Of a DNA stretch of 64,000 nt, positions 44,562 to 56,363 are shown in pieces. Within the stretch, counting starts at the first letter, position 1. The number at the start of each line of letters is the position of its first letter. Made by a program: the position numbers and the translations under genes. Below the pieces are notes generated by a model. It did no database searches, had not been told where the DNA came from, and worked only from the letters and a program-made list of their open reading frames with translations. Source of the stretch: Cyanidioschyzon merolae. Taxonomy: Eukaryota. The stretch lies in the NCBI GenBank assembly GCA_000091205.1, contig AP006484.2, one strand, 5' to 3'.

Positions 44562-47261
44562 ACGGTACACGACAATACTATGCTAACGGTAACGCAAACG
44601 CTCAGTTACAGCACACAAGTTGCCTGAAGAACCAGCAAACACCAACTCCCGGATGATCTGCTTGCAACCGTGCTTGCTATCCAGATACAATTCGATGATA
44701 CAGAAAAACGTTTACTGGAAAGTGTAACGGAATCGAGACGTTGATCTCGTGGCTGTCGCCAGCGCTGGAGATCGCACCCAATCGCCCGTGCGGATCTTTA
44801 TCGAAGCGGTGGAGGTCGCGATTCGTACCCTTCCAGGCTGGCATGTGTGTCGTTGCAGTGCGACTTTTTGTTTTCATGACCCGGGATGGATTGCGTCCGA
44901 CGCTGGATGCGACGTATCTACTCATGAGCGTGTTCGATGCGAATAGGATATGGAACTGCTCGTTCGGTTCCTTTCCGTCGATCCTTTTCCGAACTTGGTT
45001 TCGATGTACCGTTTCGAGATTGGACGTGCAGCGATCAGTGCTTTCGGATTCATACGTAATTTTAGGATTTTCGGTCGTTGATTCGGAGTGGCGTCTTTGA
45101 CGCTTTGCTGTTGGAATTCATAACGTGATCGCAATCAAGATGATTCGAGACGCGATCGAACGAGGATTCACCAAAGAACCAATATCAGGATCCAATGCGT
45201 CCACAGATATGATTCTCTAATCTTCTTGTCGTTTCTGTCAGACCAGCATGTTCAAATCACGCGTGCTTCAAGTTTTCAACCGTTCTGACTCAAGGCCTCT
45301 GGTGGGCGCAGTGATTCTCACCCTTTGAGTAACGAGGAATCAAACTCGAGGTTATCTCACACCGAATTCCTCACAGGATCATGCCGAACGTTTACAAGGC
45401 TTCTCCTGCAAGTTCATCGATTCCGTTCGAAACACGAATTCGGCTATCTTTTGTGGCCATGGACGAAGCGGTACTCCACAGGAAGATGAAGCTCCGCATG
45501 AGATCAGCGCCCACAGGCCCCCGTCCTTTGTGTTCCCATTGAAACCGGTGTTGAACTTTCTCATCGGAGCGATAAGGTCAGATGGAGACTGCGTCACCGC
45601 GCTGCACGGAGGCGGCGTAGAGGGATGGAAATCTTTCGATTTTCTGTCCAGCCTGGATTTTACTGCCTGTACTTGTTTCTTCATGGACTACATCGATTTC
45701 CGCAAATCTCTTTTCATCGAAATACAGAAAAGAATCAATATTGGGCTATCAGAGAAACTCAAGCTGATTCTCCGTGGTTCGACCAGACTGAACGCCCCCA
45801 AGGCCGTCACGAACAGGCTTAGGGAAACAAACGCGTATATCGATCACACAGCTTGTCCTCAGCACGAATTTGTGCTCGATGCTTTCGGCATCATTCACGA
45901 GGCAATCCGGGCTCGTCGGAACCTGTTTTCCACGGGCCTTTGGCTTCCGCGAACTGCGAATGTCCGATGAGGCATACTGAAAAGAGATGAACCAGGCCTG
46001 AAGAGCAAATGCATCATGCATGCGTATCAAGGGAGACACGCGGTCCACACACGACAGGTATGCCAGCGAAACAACTCTATGAACGAAACAAAGAAATCCT
46101 GGTGCTTTTCGAAACGAGGTGCGATTAAACGCCGGAGAACGTCTCCATTTAAAAACGATACACGTTCCTGAATGAAGCTCGTGTTTTGGGTGTCCTCATA
46201 GAAGCGACGCTGCGCACATCGTCATTCGAAGATGCTATGGTCTGAACAGGATACCGCAGGACGTACTTGCTTTTGCTGAAACACACAGAGCGCGTGCAGA
46301 AAAAATGCGTTCTTTTTTCGCCGCGAGCTCCTGCAACACGCTTGTGTCACGCCCAAGATCGCGTATTTTGGATGCGTCGAGGATCTTGTCGACCTGGAGA
46401 ATGTTGTAGAGGTACATTCCAGACTGAAGACAATTCTTGTTCTTGATCGTTTCGAGAAGGTGCTGGGTACACCTTATTCGCTCCGTGCTCTCTTGGACGC
46501 TGCGCGCACATCAGCTCCCCAACTGAACGACATGGCGGATGACGCGGACCTCATTCGCTCGGTGTCTCAATGCGAACTGTATAGCATAGAGAAGTGTGTT
46601 GTAAGATGCTCGGGCAGCGACCCTGAACCGTGTCAGGGTCCATGTCCAGCGGTGCATCAACGATTCGATGAAATGAATGCGAGCGGCCGACTACTCGCTT
46701 ACGGTGCTTGGCGGCACGACGGGGCGCTTCATGACCGGGGCTTCGTCGACGGCGACCAGCTCGGAAGATAGATGCACCGTAATGAACCTCCGTGGAATAT
46801 TCTGCGAGGGCGAACGCGCAGATGAGCAGATAGAACTGGCGCCTGTCAGCATTCTGCCGACGAAGCAAAGGCGCTTTTGCAGGCCGACGACTGCCCCGAT
46901 GCGCATGAAGAGAAGAGATTCTCGCCTTTTCCGAGCGCATCTCTCTGTCAGTTGTACCAGCGCAGGGATGGAAGCTTCTTTCGTCTACTTTTGTAGACGG
47001 GCATCCGCGCCGAGCTGCCGCAGCTGCGTCCGATTGAGAATAAGGTCATCGAAGACGAAGAGGAGCTGACTCCATCGAACTCTATGGAGCAGCCTTTCAG
47101 GCACGAAATGTGCCGGAGGCAACTGAATCCGATAGCAGGCAGCCGGTCAAATACCGGGAGGCGTCTATGAGTGGTTTTAGTTTACGCTCCATGATCATGA
47201 AGCTTTTTTTCCTGTTTCAATGATGACGTATCGCCATACCTGCAGGGCACGTTGAACGTGT

Positions 47262-47325
47262 GGTGCGCGTTGCTCGCACGCACGCATGCCCCGATGCGTG
47301 CACGCACGCATGCACGCACGCATGT
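47262..47325. repeat. (GCACGCAT)-like imperfect microsatellite
   Basis: Direct read: gcacgcacgcatgccccgatgcgtgcacgcacgcatgcacgcacgcatg. Lies about 200 bp upstream of the rhomboid gene ATG. Confidence 0.5.
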
Positions 47326-47516
47326 CGATACGCAGCCAGCGCTGCCGTGCGTTTATCATCGAAAATCGCTTCTGAACTGGATACGAACAACGTATCGCGA
47401 TTCAGGCATTCCGTGGAGGTATCACGGGAAAGGCGGTCTCTTTCAAGCAGGTATTATACCAGCGTTTTTGTTGAAACGCTTGAACAAGCTGCTAGTAGCC
47501 TGCAGAAGTCTCCCTC

Positions 47517-48611
47517 ATGCAACAGAAACCCGAAAATATAGCGTTTGTGTCGGCAGCTTGGACCCGGCTTCGAAGTCAACGGCCGATTCTTGGCGGTACG
47601 ACCCGGGGGCTCACGCTGCCGAAACGAGCGCAGTGGCTGCCCTCTGGGGTATCCCTAGTCGTTAGACGACGGTGGCATCATTTGAATCCGTTTCGTGTGT
47701 GTGCCGCTGCGGATAGCGATGAGCGTGATCAGAGCCCGGTCGGCGGTGGCGAGGAGCCACCCACGGGACCCGGTAACAAGCCGGACAAACCTGTGGGCTC
47801 GCGTCCGTATATCGCAGTGATACCCGCACCGAGGCCGGTGTTGACAACAGGAATTATAGGCATCAACATCCTGACATACTTGGCGGAGCTCTACTTTGAG
47901 GTTGAGGGAAAACTCAGCGGGGCGAACTCTAACATCCTATTGGCTCTAGGCGCAAAGATCAACAGTGCGATCGCTGCAGGCCAGCTGTGGCGATTATTCA
48001 CGCCGATATTCCTGCACGGCGGCCTGCTGCATCTCCTAAGCAACACCTATGCATTGTACGCAATCAGCTATGAATGTGAAATGGCATATGGACCGCTTGC
48101 GTTTGCCGTGATCTACCTCGCGAGTGGCGCTTGGGGGAACCTGCTTTCCTACTGGTTCACGCCCTACTTGTCCGTAGGCGCCTCATCATCCATATTTGGT
48201 CTCTTTTCCGCTTATATTGTGTATCTGGTGAACAACTATGCAATTCTCGGTAGACAGGCGCGTCGCCAGATCACTGTGCTTGTTGCGCTCGTGGTTTTCA
48301 ACTTTGCATTTGGAAGCACACCAGGAGACGCTATCGACAACAGCGCACATCTGGGTGGTGCAATTGCCGGGGCGCTTCTGAGCGAGATCGTTGTCCCCGA
48401 ACTGATCCTTCGTGATGCGAACGGCCAGCTGCTGGAAAATTTGAAAGCGGAAGAGGTTGAGATGCAGTTACGAAAAGGAGGGAAGATTGAGGTGAAGCGC
48501 AAACCTGCTGCAACAGTTGTAAGCGCTGGTCTGTGGTTCTCTCTCTTGGCCTGCGGTGCAGCGATCTTGCGCTCGAGCCCGGCGGAGAATTTTGGTGGTG
48601 GCATGCTCTGA
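47517..48611 (+). CDS. Rhomboid-family intramembrane serine protease, with an N-terminal presequence
   Basis: ATG confirmed at 47517. Catalytic 'GASSSIFGLF' (GxSG-type serine motif) and 'SAHLGGAIAG' (His motif) sit in predicted transmembrane helices, on a six-to-seven TM core. An N-terminal region of about 110 aa is Arg-rich ('TRLRSQRPILGGTTRGLTLPKRAQW...VVRRRWHHLNPFRV'), suggesting organellar targeting. Confidence 0.8.
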   Translation: MQQKPENIAFVSAAWTRLRSQRPILGGTTRGLTLPKRAQWLPSGVSLVVRRRWHHLNPFRVCAAADSDERDQSPVGGGEEPPTGPGNKPDKPVGSRPYIAVIPAPRPVLTTGIIGINILTYLAELYFEVEGKLSGANSNILLALGAKINSAIAAGQLWRLFTPIFLHGGLLHLLSNTYALYAISYECEMAYGPLAFAVIYLASGAWGNLLSYWFTPYLSVGASSSIFGLFSAYIVYLVNNYAILGRQARRQITVLVALVVFNFAFGSTPGDAIDNSAHLGGAIAGALLSEIVVPELILRDANGQLLENLKAEEVEMQLRKGGKIEVKRKPAATVVSAGLWFSLLACGAAILRSSPAENFGGGML

Positions 48612-50393
48612 ATGTAAACCGCAGAACAACTTGTATCGATAGATGGCGGGAACAGGCGCCGTTCGAATCCCACCAAGAACAGGGTTTGCAGGGAGTAGAT
48701 CACTAACTTGAGTTAAAGCATGACTGCCACGAAACAAGTTCCTTTGGGAAGCATCATACGCGCTCACAGCTGAAGCAGCTATCGCCCAATGCAATCAAAA
48801 GACTCGATTTTTTTGGCATCCAGAATCAAGTTCACTATCGTCGATCCCGGAGTGCAAAGCTCATGAGCGCTAGCACACCAGAGAATAGGCGGTCATCGCA
48901 TCCAGGGATAGCGTCGAGCGTTGGCGTGCGGTGGCTGTGCGGTGTGCGCACCTGCGCTCTGTCGTCGAGAAAAGGGCACTCGAGCAGATCCATCCGAGTG
49001 GTGACGCTCTGAGGCCCCCATCCGAAGCACGGCAGACACAACAGTATCGAGGATGCAGTTTCGGGGGGCATCGATGCGCCAGCACGCATATGCGCCAGCT
49101 CAGAGCCAAAGTTTTCCCCATTGATTTGTCTCTTGTCTTTTAAAAAGCTCAGTTCTGTTTATAGCAGTGAATTCTGGAATATCAGCACCATCATGCTTTT
49201 ATATTGTCCTTTCCTATTCTTGCAGGGATGCAGTAAAAGGCCTGTCTCTGATAGATTGACGAAAGTTCGTGAACAGAGTTGGTGTCGTCATTGCTCGCTT
49301 GCGACAAAGCAGTATTCGTTGTGAAAGTCATTCATACGACGGTCAGCAGGCGAACGAATCATGCATCTGGAGGTTCGTATGGTGAACGTCGAGCACGAAA
49401 GACATATCGTACTAAGCGCCATCGATGCTGCAGAGCTCTCGTCATTCCATTCTTCTGCGCCTGCTCTCTAAGAAATGCGAACAAAGAAGCCACCATGTGT
49501 GAAGTTTCTGCACAGTTCATATGACCGGCGATGCAGGGATGGGGATAGAAGACAGCGCGATTCTTTGGGCGACCGTCGCGCCTAGAACAAAACATGATCG
49601 ATTCCGTACTGCAACGCAAACGCTCATGAAAAGATGGACGGTGATCGTTTACCTCGATACAACATCACTCGGGAGATATGGTACACCTTTACATGGGTAT
49701 TCAACGAGCAGCAACCCGCTGTTCCTTAGTCAGAGACAAGCGAGTATCATCACATGATCAGCCCTGGTGGCGATGCTGTCGAGTCCTCGCCGACAACTCG
49801 CCAGAACGACATGATCGCTCAACGCCTCATGCGTCCTCGATACACTTTTGGTGGCTTCTTCTCCAGATATTCAACTGTTGGGGTATTAGACAACGTCGCT
49901 TTCCGTCGCTAATACATTGGTCTAAGAGGCCCCCTGCTGCGATTCCTATGGAACTGCTCTTCGTGAAATGCAAAGCGCTGCATCAGGAGCCAAGTTCGTC
50001 ATCTGGACTTGAATTTGCGGATACCAGCTAGCTCGTTGCGAGTCAGGATATGCGTCCATAGAGTTTCTGCAACAATAGTCGATTCAGGGACCTGTTCGAT
50101 GCGGCGCTAGCGAAAAACGTGCCGTCAAAGCTCGCAATGTATCTGGGCTCACTTCAACTGAGATCAATGCTGAAGGTTGGTCCTTCCCGCATTGTCGAGA
50201 AAGCGACGTTCCAGAGACATCGCCCCTGACGAGAGAACTTGTTGTCTGCATAAAATGCACCGCGACAAAAAAAAAACTGCTGCCATACCCAGGTTGCGCA
50301 AGTCGCTCCCGGAAGCGTCCGAGCGTGGTAGAGCGCTACGCTGGCTACCTGACGGATCAATAGATGGGGGTAAAGTTCGAGACCAAGTTTCAT

Positions 50394-51830
50394 CAGTTCA
50401 TTTTACACCCACGTCACTGTAAAATACAATCGATTTATCACCAACGCCGCATAACCGAAAGCTCGGATCGCTTCAACCTCTCATAAGCACCAAACCGTTT
50501 GCGAGCAATGCTAGGCTTGCCATCCGTTGCCGTGCTCATCTCCGGCATTCAATACACCGGTATCGCTATTCCACCAGGCCTCGTCCGTAGTCGTCGTTCA
50601 GCGGCGCTGGTGGCAGCGCTCAACATTCACGATGACCCAGTTTCCAGCTCGTATCGATGTATTCCACACAACAACGAAAGTCCTCATCCATACAATGCCT
50701 GGCAGGTTCAGCTTCTGGGTACACAGCCGCGGTGCGCCCTTCGCAGCCGCTAACACTCGGTTGTCGTCAGGGATGCAAATGTTTCCGCCACACCGCCGCC
50801 TCATGCTCCCCTGAGCGCCGCTCTGAGGCACATCAAGACTTGGCCCAGCGCTCGCTTCTCGGCATTGACGGACGCCCACAGAGCGCTATTCGAGACGCCC
50901 TCACCCGCTGTCGATCCTGGTGCGGTTTCCCGGGATGTCGTCCCGCTTCTGGTTGATACCTTGCGCCGGTGCTCTGTCCGCTGTGCATACGATGGGGGCG
51001 CCATGCTCCCAGCCGCATCCGCATGTGGGATATTCGGTCATGTACAGGATGCAATACGTGCGGGACGGGAAATCCATACTGCACAACTGGATCCTACGCG
51101 TCGATCCGCCTATGCTTCGTCCATGAACAACGGTGACGCAGGCTCCACTGGAGTGCGGGTGCTGTGATGGCTCCAGCCCGAGTCCAAGGCGCTTTCGCGA
51201 GGAAACAGAAGAGACGGAGACGTCTCGCGGACGCATCCCACGAGATGTGATGTGCAGCCGTGGACTCGCGTCTCGTCGGTGTTCGCAACGAGACAGAGAG
51301 CGAGCGCGTGGACAGCGGAGATTGTTTCTCGAACGGAGTCGATGATTCGACGCACGAAGCTCAGTGAGCGTCTGGCACGATGCTGTGACATACTCGTCAA
51401 GCGGCAAGGTAGAGTGCTTTCCCTCGTCAGTCCGGACGCGGCACCTGCTGCGCGTACGTGTTGCCTCGAAACCGAACGATCGCATACTTGAGGCGTGTGT
51501 GGATTCGGCACGCTTTACGTAAGGAGAAGCGAAGAACAGACGCTTGCCCGTCTGCACTGCATCGTGATACCGTCCAGCTTACGAACACTGGGTCGAGGGG
51601 GTCGCGACTCCTCTTGGACTCGGTCAGGAGTACGGATAGCAGCGGCGAGGCGTCCGTGAAGTCACTTGGAAAAACTTCCGAGCCTCTCTGAATGACGCAC
51701 GAGTCCGTGAGCCGTCGTCGCTGGACTTGGAATACCGAAGCTGTCCATGTAAAGCATAGCTCGGAAAAATAGATACAGACAAATAGAACGAGCAGGTCAG
51801 TGTTTCCTTTTACCTGAAACGTGTATCGTG
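50394..51830. repeat. Direct repeat copy A (about 1.43 kb), upstream of the GH31 gene
   Basis: About 99% identical to 56364-57792. Identical ORF-track translations appear in both copies, for example 'MRAMLGLPSVAVLISGIQYTGIAIPPGLV...' at 50499 and 56462, differing at only about 15 positions. Begins at '...ttacacccacgtcactgtaaaatacaatcg' and ends at '...gtcagtgtttccttttacctgaaacgtgtat'. Confidence 0.9.
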
Positions 51831-52198
51831 AAAAACGCGACAACTTGGACTACTGGAGAGTTGCGCCCCGCCATGAAAGACGTCAAACAGCATCGTAGAA
51901 GCTTAGCTTTCTGGTTTCGGTAACCACTGAATTGTCACACTCACACAGTTTACGTAAAGTACCTTCCTCATCAATAAAAATGAGAGAGCAATCAAGTCCT
52001 CGGGACGCTCACGTCTCCTGAGCCTTGGCCAATACCATATGGCGAGTAGCAACCTCCAGCGTTTCACTTGTCCGTTGTGGTTGCTTCTGGTCGAACGATA
52101 GACGCTGGAAAGACACGCTGGCCTCTCATTCGTTTCAGCTGCAGTAACCGCGTATTTATGTTCACTGGTTTTGTGTTTTGCGCGGATTACTACAGGGC

Positions 52199-55171
52199 AT
52201 GAGGGCGTACCAGAGCACGTGGCCCTGCGGGTTCGTCACGGTGCTTCCGGCAGACCCAGAAGCGCGAGCACTATGCCCGAGTGAGCACTGGCTTCCATGG
52301 AAACACGCCGAAGACGCCCGCTACCAGCAATTGATCGTCGATCTCATTTCGAAAGATGAGAGCGTTGTTGTGCTCATCCTCATAGAGCGAACACCAGAGC
52401 AAACCGCCGAACCAAGCACAAACGCTCCGCTCGAACCGCTCCTGGGTATCGCCTTGTCGTTGCCGTTACGCCAACCCACTCAAAGCGTGACCCCAAGTCT
52501 AACGAGCCTGAAAACAGAACACGAATCTCGACGAGCAGTGAACGAGCACCTCTCGCGGCTGACGCCACTGGAAACTGGTGCGCTGGACCCAGCACCTGGC
52601 TCCTCACCGCAGAATGTGCTGCATGTGCAAGGCACTGCACATGAAGGCCTCTTAGAGTGCCACGTTTGCTACAGCCAGACTAAGGCATATGCGCGCCTCC
52701 AGCGTGATGTACTGGTATGGCGAGTCACTGACTCCCCTGACAACGAAAGGTTTCCCGAAGTTCGGATTCACTTGCGAGCGGCAGGACGATGGTACGGCAC
52801 TGGCCACCTGATGCAACAGCACTGGCCCAGCTGCGCGGCTTGCCTTGAACTAGGGCCTTTCTATCCTTTCGATAATGGAGTGTGCGGGCTAGGGACCCTC
52901 GCTATTCCCGGCTGGTGTACCACCGGGGGATTTGCAATTCTGGTTGACGAGCGTAGGACACCCTATCTTCATGTAGGTATGAATGCACCACGTGAAACAG
53001 ATGCTGCAGCCTCACGTCGTGCCTGGACGGTAGGCCATGAGAACGCGCTGCGACAGGTACTTCCACTGCGAGACAGACGTTTTCCGCCTCGAGCCTTGGC
53101 TGGATCACACCAGAGCCCGTTACCTCTAGGTGACGACCTGCTCCGCATCCAGTCACGCTACGGTTACGACTACGAACGTGTCTGGCATCCATTATTGGGT
53201 ACTCGACTCGGATACGAAGACGAACTTGTGGTCTATGTGCATCTAGTGGTTACTCCTCGGCCAAACGTGCGCGCAGCGCGTGAGGCGCTCCTCGAACGCA
53301 TGGGTGCAGCGGCGACGGGGAGACGACTTTTGTCCCCACCTCGAAGCCTGCTCCAGCATCCTATTTGGACGACCTGGGCCCGCTTCAAGCAGAACGTAAC
53401 ACAGGAGGATGTTCTGAGTTTTGCGCAAGAGATTGCAGCGCGGAACCTGCCGCGCAGTGTGATGGAAATCGATGATCGTTGGTCCGAAGCCTATGGTGAT
53501 TTTCGCTTCGATAGGGTCAAGTTTCCGCAACCAGCACAGATGGTGCAGGCGCTGCATGCTCTGGGCTTCAAAGTAACGCTTTGGTGCACTGCTTTTATTG
53601 AGGAAAAGAGTCAAGCGTATCTAGAGGGGCGTTCGAAAGGGTATCTGGTTGCCGATGGGGCCCTCTTTCCCTGGTGGCAACCGCAGCCGGTCGCTGCGCT
53701 CGATGTGGCCAATCCAGAGGCCTGTCGCTGGTTCTTAGAGCGGGCACGAATCCTACGTGCTGAGACCGGGGTTGACGGGTTCAAGTTTGATTCAGGAGAG
53801 CCGTGTTGGTTACCCCGGCAGCTCGAGGCGTACACCCAGCTCGCATATCCCGGTCAGTATACGGACTGGTGGCTGCAGCGTGTTGTTCTGCCACTCATTC
53901 TTGGAACAGAGGCGCCGCAGGTCACTGGTACAGATCACAGGATAGGCATGGAGGCGAGTGCATCGCTTCCTGTGACCAGGATGGATGCTGGAAGCGTAGC
54001 AGCATCCGATGCATTTCGCGCGACTCGAGAAACCCCTTACCTCATTCGGAAAGCAGCAACTCGCGAAGCACAGCCCGAGACAGAGAGCCCGCGCTTCTCG
54101 GTAGAAGCCGAAGCGCGAACAAACTCAGGAGTTGCCGCCCATGCCGTACTGTCTGCGACAACCTTGGACGACGCAGAGCAGGTGCCTGTTGCTCCCGCCG
54201 AGGCTCGCGCAGCGACAGCCACTGGACTCGCGGCGGGTGCCCAGCCAGCCCAGTGGATCCCTTGTCTGTACCGCATGTTCGATCGTTTCTCCCATGACGG
54301 GATCGACAACGGGCTAGCGTCGGTGATCCCCACCATGCTTACCAGTGGTGTGTTGGGATTTTGCTTCGTTCTCCCAGATATGGTCGGTGGTAACGAGTAC
54401 GATCAAGTGCAGGCTGGCGCTGATCTCATGATGCGTTGGCTCTACGCGAATGCGCTGATGCCCTCCATCCAGTTATCACTGCCGCCCTGGAAATATGGAG
54501 CAAGCGTTGAGGCAGCGCTTGTTGAGGCTCTTGCTGTTCGGAAGCATATCCTCGAGGATAGCGGCCTTTTGGAGGCGCTCGTGCGTTCGGCTTGTGAAGA
54601 GGGAGCCCCCCTTGCACGGCCAATGTGGTGGCTCTGTCCTCAGCTCGCTATCTCGTGGGATATCGATGATCAGTTTATGCTGGGCGATGACGTGTTGGTA
54701 GCGCCAATGCTGACACCGCTGAGTGCGGTATACACCAGTGCAGCGATCGATGCTCTGAATGCAGACCAAGATACCCACGTACCCGGGGTGACGCATCCAC
54801 TCGGGCCGACGCCGTCGACTACCGCTACGCACACACTTGAGCGCGTGCCGCAACAAGTGCCTCCGAGCAAGTCGCCGCGTTCCTCATCCTGTACGCCAAA
54901 TATGACAGATTCACGTTCCCTGCAGCCTCGGCAACGTCAGGTCTGGTTGCCCCCTGGTAACTGGTGTGCCTATCACCCCAGCAGCAGTATCGGCGCAGTG
55001 CGGCTTGCTACGCCTGCTCCAGCACCGCTGACGGGTCCCTGCACGATCACAACGACAAGCGTTCTCCCGGTTTACGTGCGAGTCGGATCCGCCGTAGCGC
55101 GTTTCGTTTTCGCTGATGCTGAAGAAGCGGCGGCTCACCTGGTCGAAAGTCATGGTATCAACGACGCCTGA
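52199..55171 (+). CDS. Glycoside hydrolase family 31 (clan GH-D) protein, YicI/MYORG-like
   Basis: The 'VMEIDDRWSEAYGDFRFD' block matches the GH31 'IDDxW' region. 'ETGVDGFKFDSGEPCWLP' matches the GH31 catalytic-nucleophile region (compare YicI 'GVDCFKTDFGE'). The track start at 52178 is TTG and the first ATG is at 52199. The C-terminal ~200 aa are low-complexity and Pro/Ser/Thr-rich. Confidence 0.75.
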   Translation: MRAYQSTWPCGFVTVLPADPEARALCPSEHWLPWKHAEDARYQQLIVDLISKDESVVVLILIERTPEQTAEPSTNAPLEPLLGIALSLPLRQPTQSVTPSLTSLKTEHESRRAVNEHLSRLTPLETGALDPAPGSSPQNVLHVQGTAHEGLLECHVCYSQTKAYARLQRDVLVWRVTDSPDNERFPEVRIHLRAAGRWYGTGHLMQQHWPSCAACLELGPFYPFDNGVCGLGTLAIPGWCTTGGFAILVDERRTPYLHVGMNAPRETDAAASRRAWTVGHENALRQVLPLRDRRFPPRALAGSHQSPLPLGDDLLRIQSRYGYDYERVWHPLLGTRLGYEDELVVYVHLVVTPRPNVRAAREALLERMGAAATGRRLLSPPRSLLQHPIWTTWARFKQNVTQEDVLSFAQEIAARNLPRSVMEIDDRWSEAYGDFRFDRVKFPQPAQMVQALHALGFKVTLWCTAFIEEKSQAYLEGRSKGYLVADGALFPWWQPQPVAALDVANPEACRWFLERARILRAETGVDGFKFDSGEPCWLPRQLEAYTQLAYPGQYTDWWLQRVVLPLILGTEAPQVTGTDHRIGMEASASLPVTRMDAGSVAASDAFRATRETPYLIRKAATREAQPETESPRFSVEAEARTNSGVAAHAVLSATTLDDAEQVPVAPAEARAATATGLAAGAQPAQWIPCLYRMFDRFSHDGIDNGLASVIPTMLTSGVLGFCFVLPDMVGGNEYDQVQAGADLMMRWLYANALMPSIQLSLPPWKYGASVEAALVEALAVRKHILEDSGLLEALVRSACEEGAPLARPMWWLCPQLAISWDIDDQFMLGDDVLVAPMLTPLSAVYTSAAIDALNADQDTHVPGVTHPLGPTPSTTATHTLERVPQQVPPSKSPRSSSCTPNMTDSRSLQPRQRQVWLPPGNWCAYHPSSSIGAVRLATPAPAPLTGPCTITTTSVLPVYVRVGSAVARFVFADAEEAAAHLVESHGINDA

Positions 55172-56363
55172 CAATGGGCTATTGCGGGCCCTGAAAAATT
55201 GAAGCGTCAACCGTTCGCAGCGCTGGAGGATCATGCAGATCCGCAGCGATATCGTGGTTTGGTGGTGTCGGGCTTTACCACTTTAGAGCACATGAAGATC
55301 GTTGATATCTGGAGCATCACGATGCTTTGCTGCTGGTGCCAGTGCTGGTGCTGCTCCAGGAACCACTGGAAATGACTTTGTACAGGCGTCATCACCCGCA
55401 TCTATGCTGTGACCTTGGCCGAGGAGTCTTCGTGGGGGAGCTTCCTGCTGCCCGCTGGGCCCCGAATAGTGGAACCCTTGTCATACTCATTTCAAAATGG
55501 TCTGAGATACAAGCTGAGCGAACGCATTGCTCGCCAGAGCGGTATCATTTGCGCACCAAGGACAAACAACAACCACACGAGGTTCAGTCCGCCGGGCTCA
55601 GAAACGTCAGGAAGGCGTCATCGTCTTAAGATGCACAAGTCTGTCAGTTTGTACAAAAGAGCGATCGGGCTGAACTGAGTCCGCCCGTTCGTAGGTAAAA
55701 GTGACGAGGTTCACCCTGGCTGGTGTCTTGGGTCGAATGCGGGTCCACACGGAGCACTGGTGCAAAGTTACGTGAGACGCTGGGAGGTTTTTCTTTGCCG
55801 TACCACCTGCTCCAGGAACAGCGAGCTTAGCACAACCAAGAGAAGTTGCTTCATGAGGGGAGGCGCTATGATGGCCGTCTATTCTCGAAACTGTCGACAA
55901 GTACAGAGGAGATGTGGCGCGAAAAGCACACGTGAGGTTAAGTGGTGCACGCCTTGCTGCAGTGCACGCGAAGACGCAGAGAAGTACAGCTGCTGCACGG
56001 GTGCAGCCTTGTCAACGAGGATGCCGTGTGTGAACGGTACGAGCAGTGCATCGTCGCTTCCGAGACGCTGCGCTACGCAATAGGGCATAGTTTGATACAT
56101 GGAAGCTTCTCTTGGCCCGATACGGAGGCGACTGACCGTGATCGACGGTTCGGGTATCCGTCTCTCTGAAACGACACTGCACCGTAGTCAAGCGAGTCAA
56201 GTGCAGTTCGCTATGCATCCAATATACGGGCGAGGTCAGCGCCGAAAATCAGTACCAGGTCTTGCTGGTGTATCGTGGAAGAAGCAGCTGCATAGGAACG
56301 TATTGGAACTGTGTAAGACAAGCTGCGAATTTGATCACTGATCTATAGTTTAGAACCGGAATT

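Noticed and set aside
40338-44570. Cobaltochelatase CobN instead of ChlH
   Set aside because: The C-terminal and central blocks match ChlH specifically (ChlH-type C-terminus ...YEDIDAQLEGV, and the ChlH N-terminal 'LKYLP.EKAQD' block). The length is also ChlH-like. CobN in a eukaryotic nuclear context would be unexpected.
37356-48611. Co-location of three probably organelle-targeted genes (MnmG, ChlH, rhomboid) treated as a functional cluster
   Set aside because: Three unrelated functions, separately transcribed (convergent and divergent), and the interpretation leans on eukaryotes lacking operons. Adjacency is most likely coincidental.
48640-48680. tRNA-like T-loop motif 'GTTCGAATCCCACC'
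   Set aside because: The flanking bases cannot form a T-stem (CGCCG against CCCAC). No acceptor, D or anticodon arms could be built. Probably chance.
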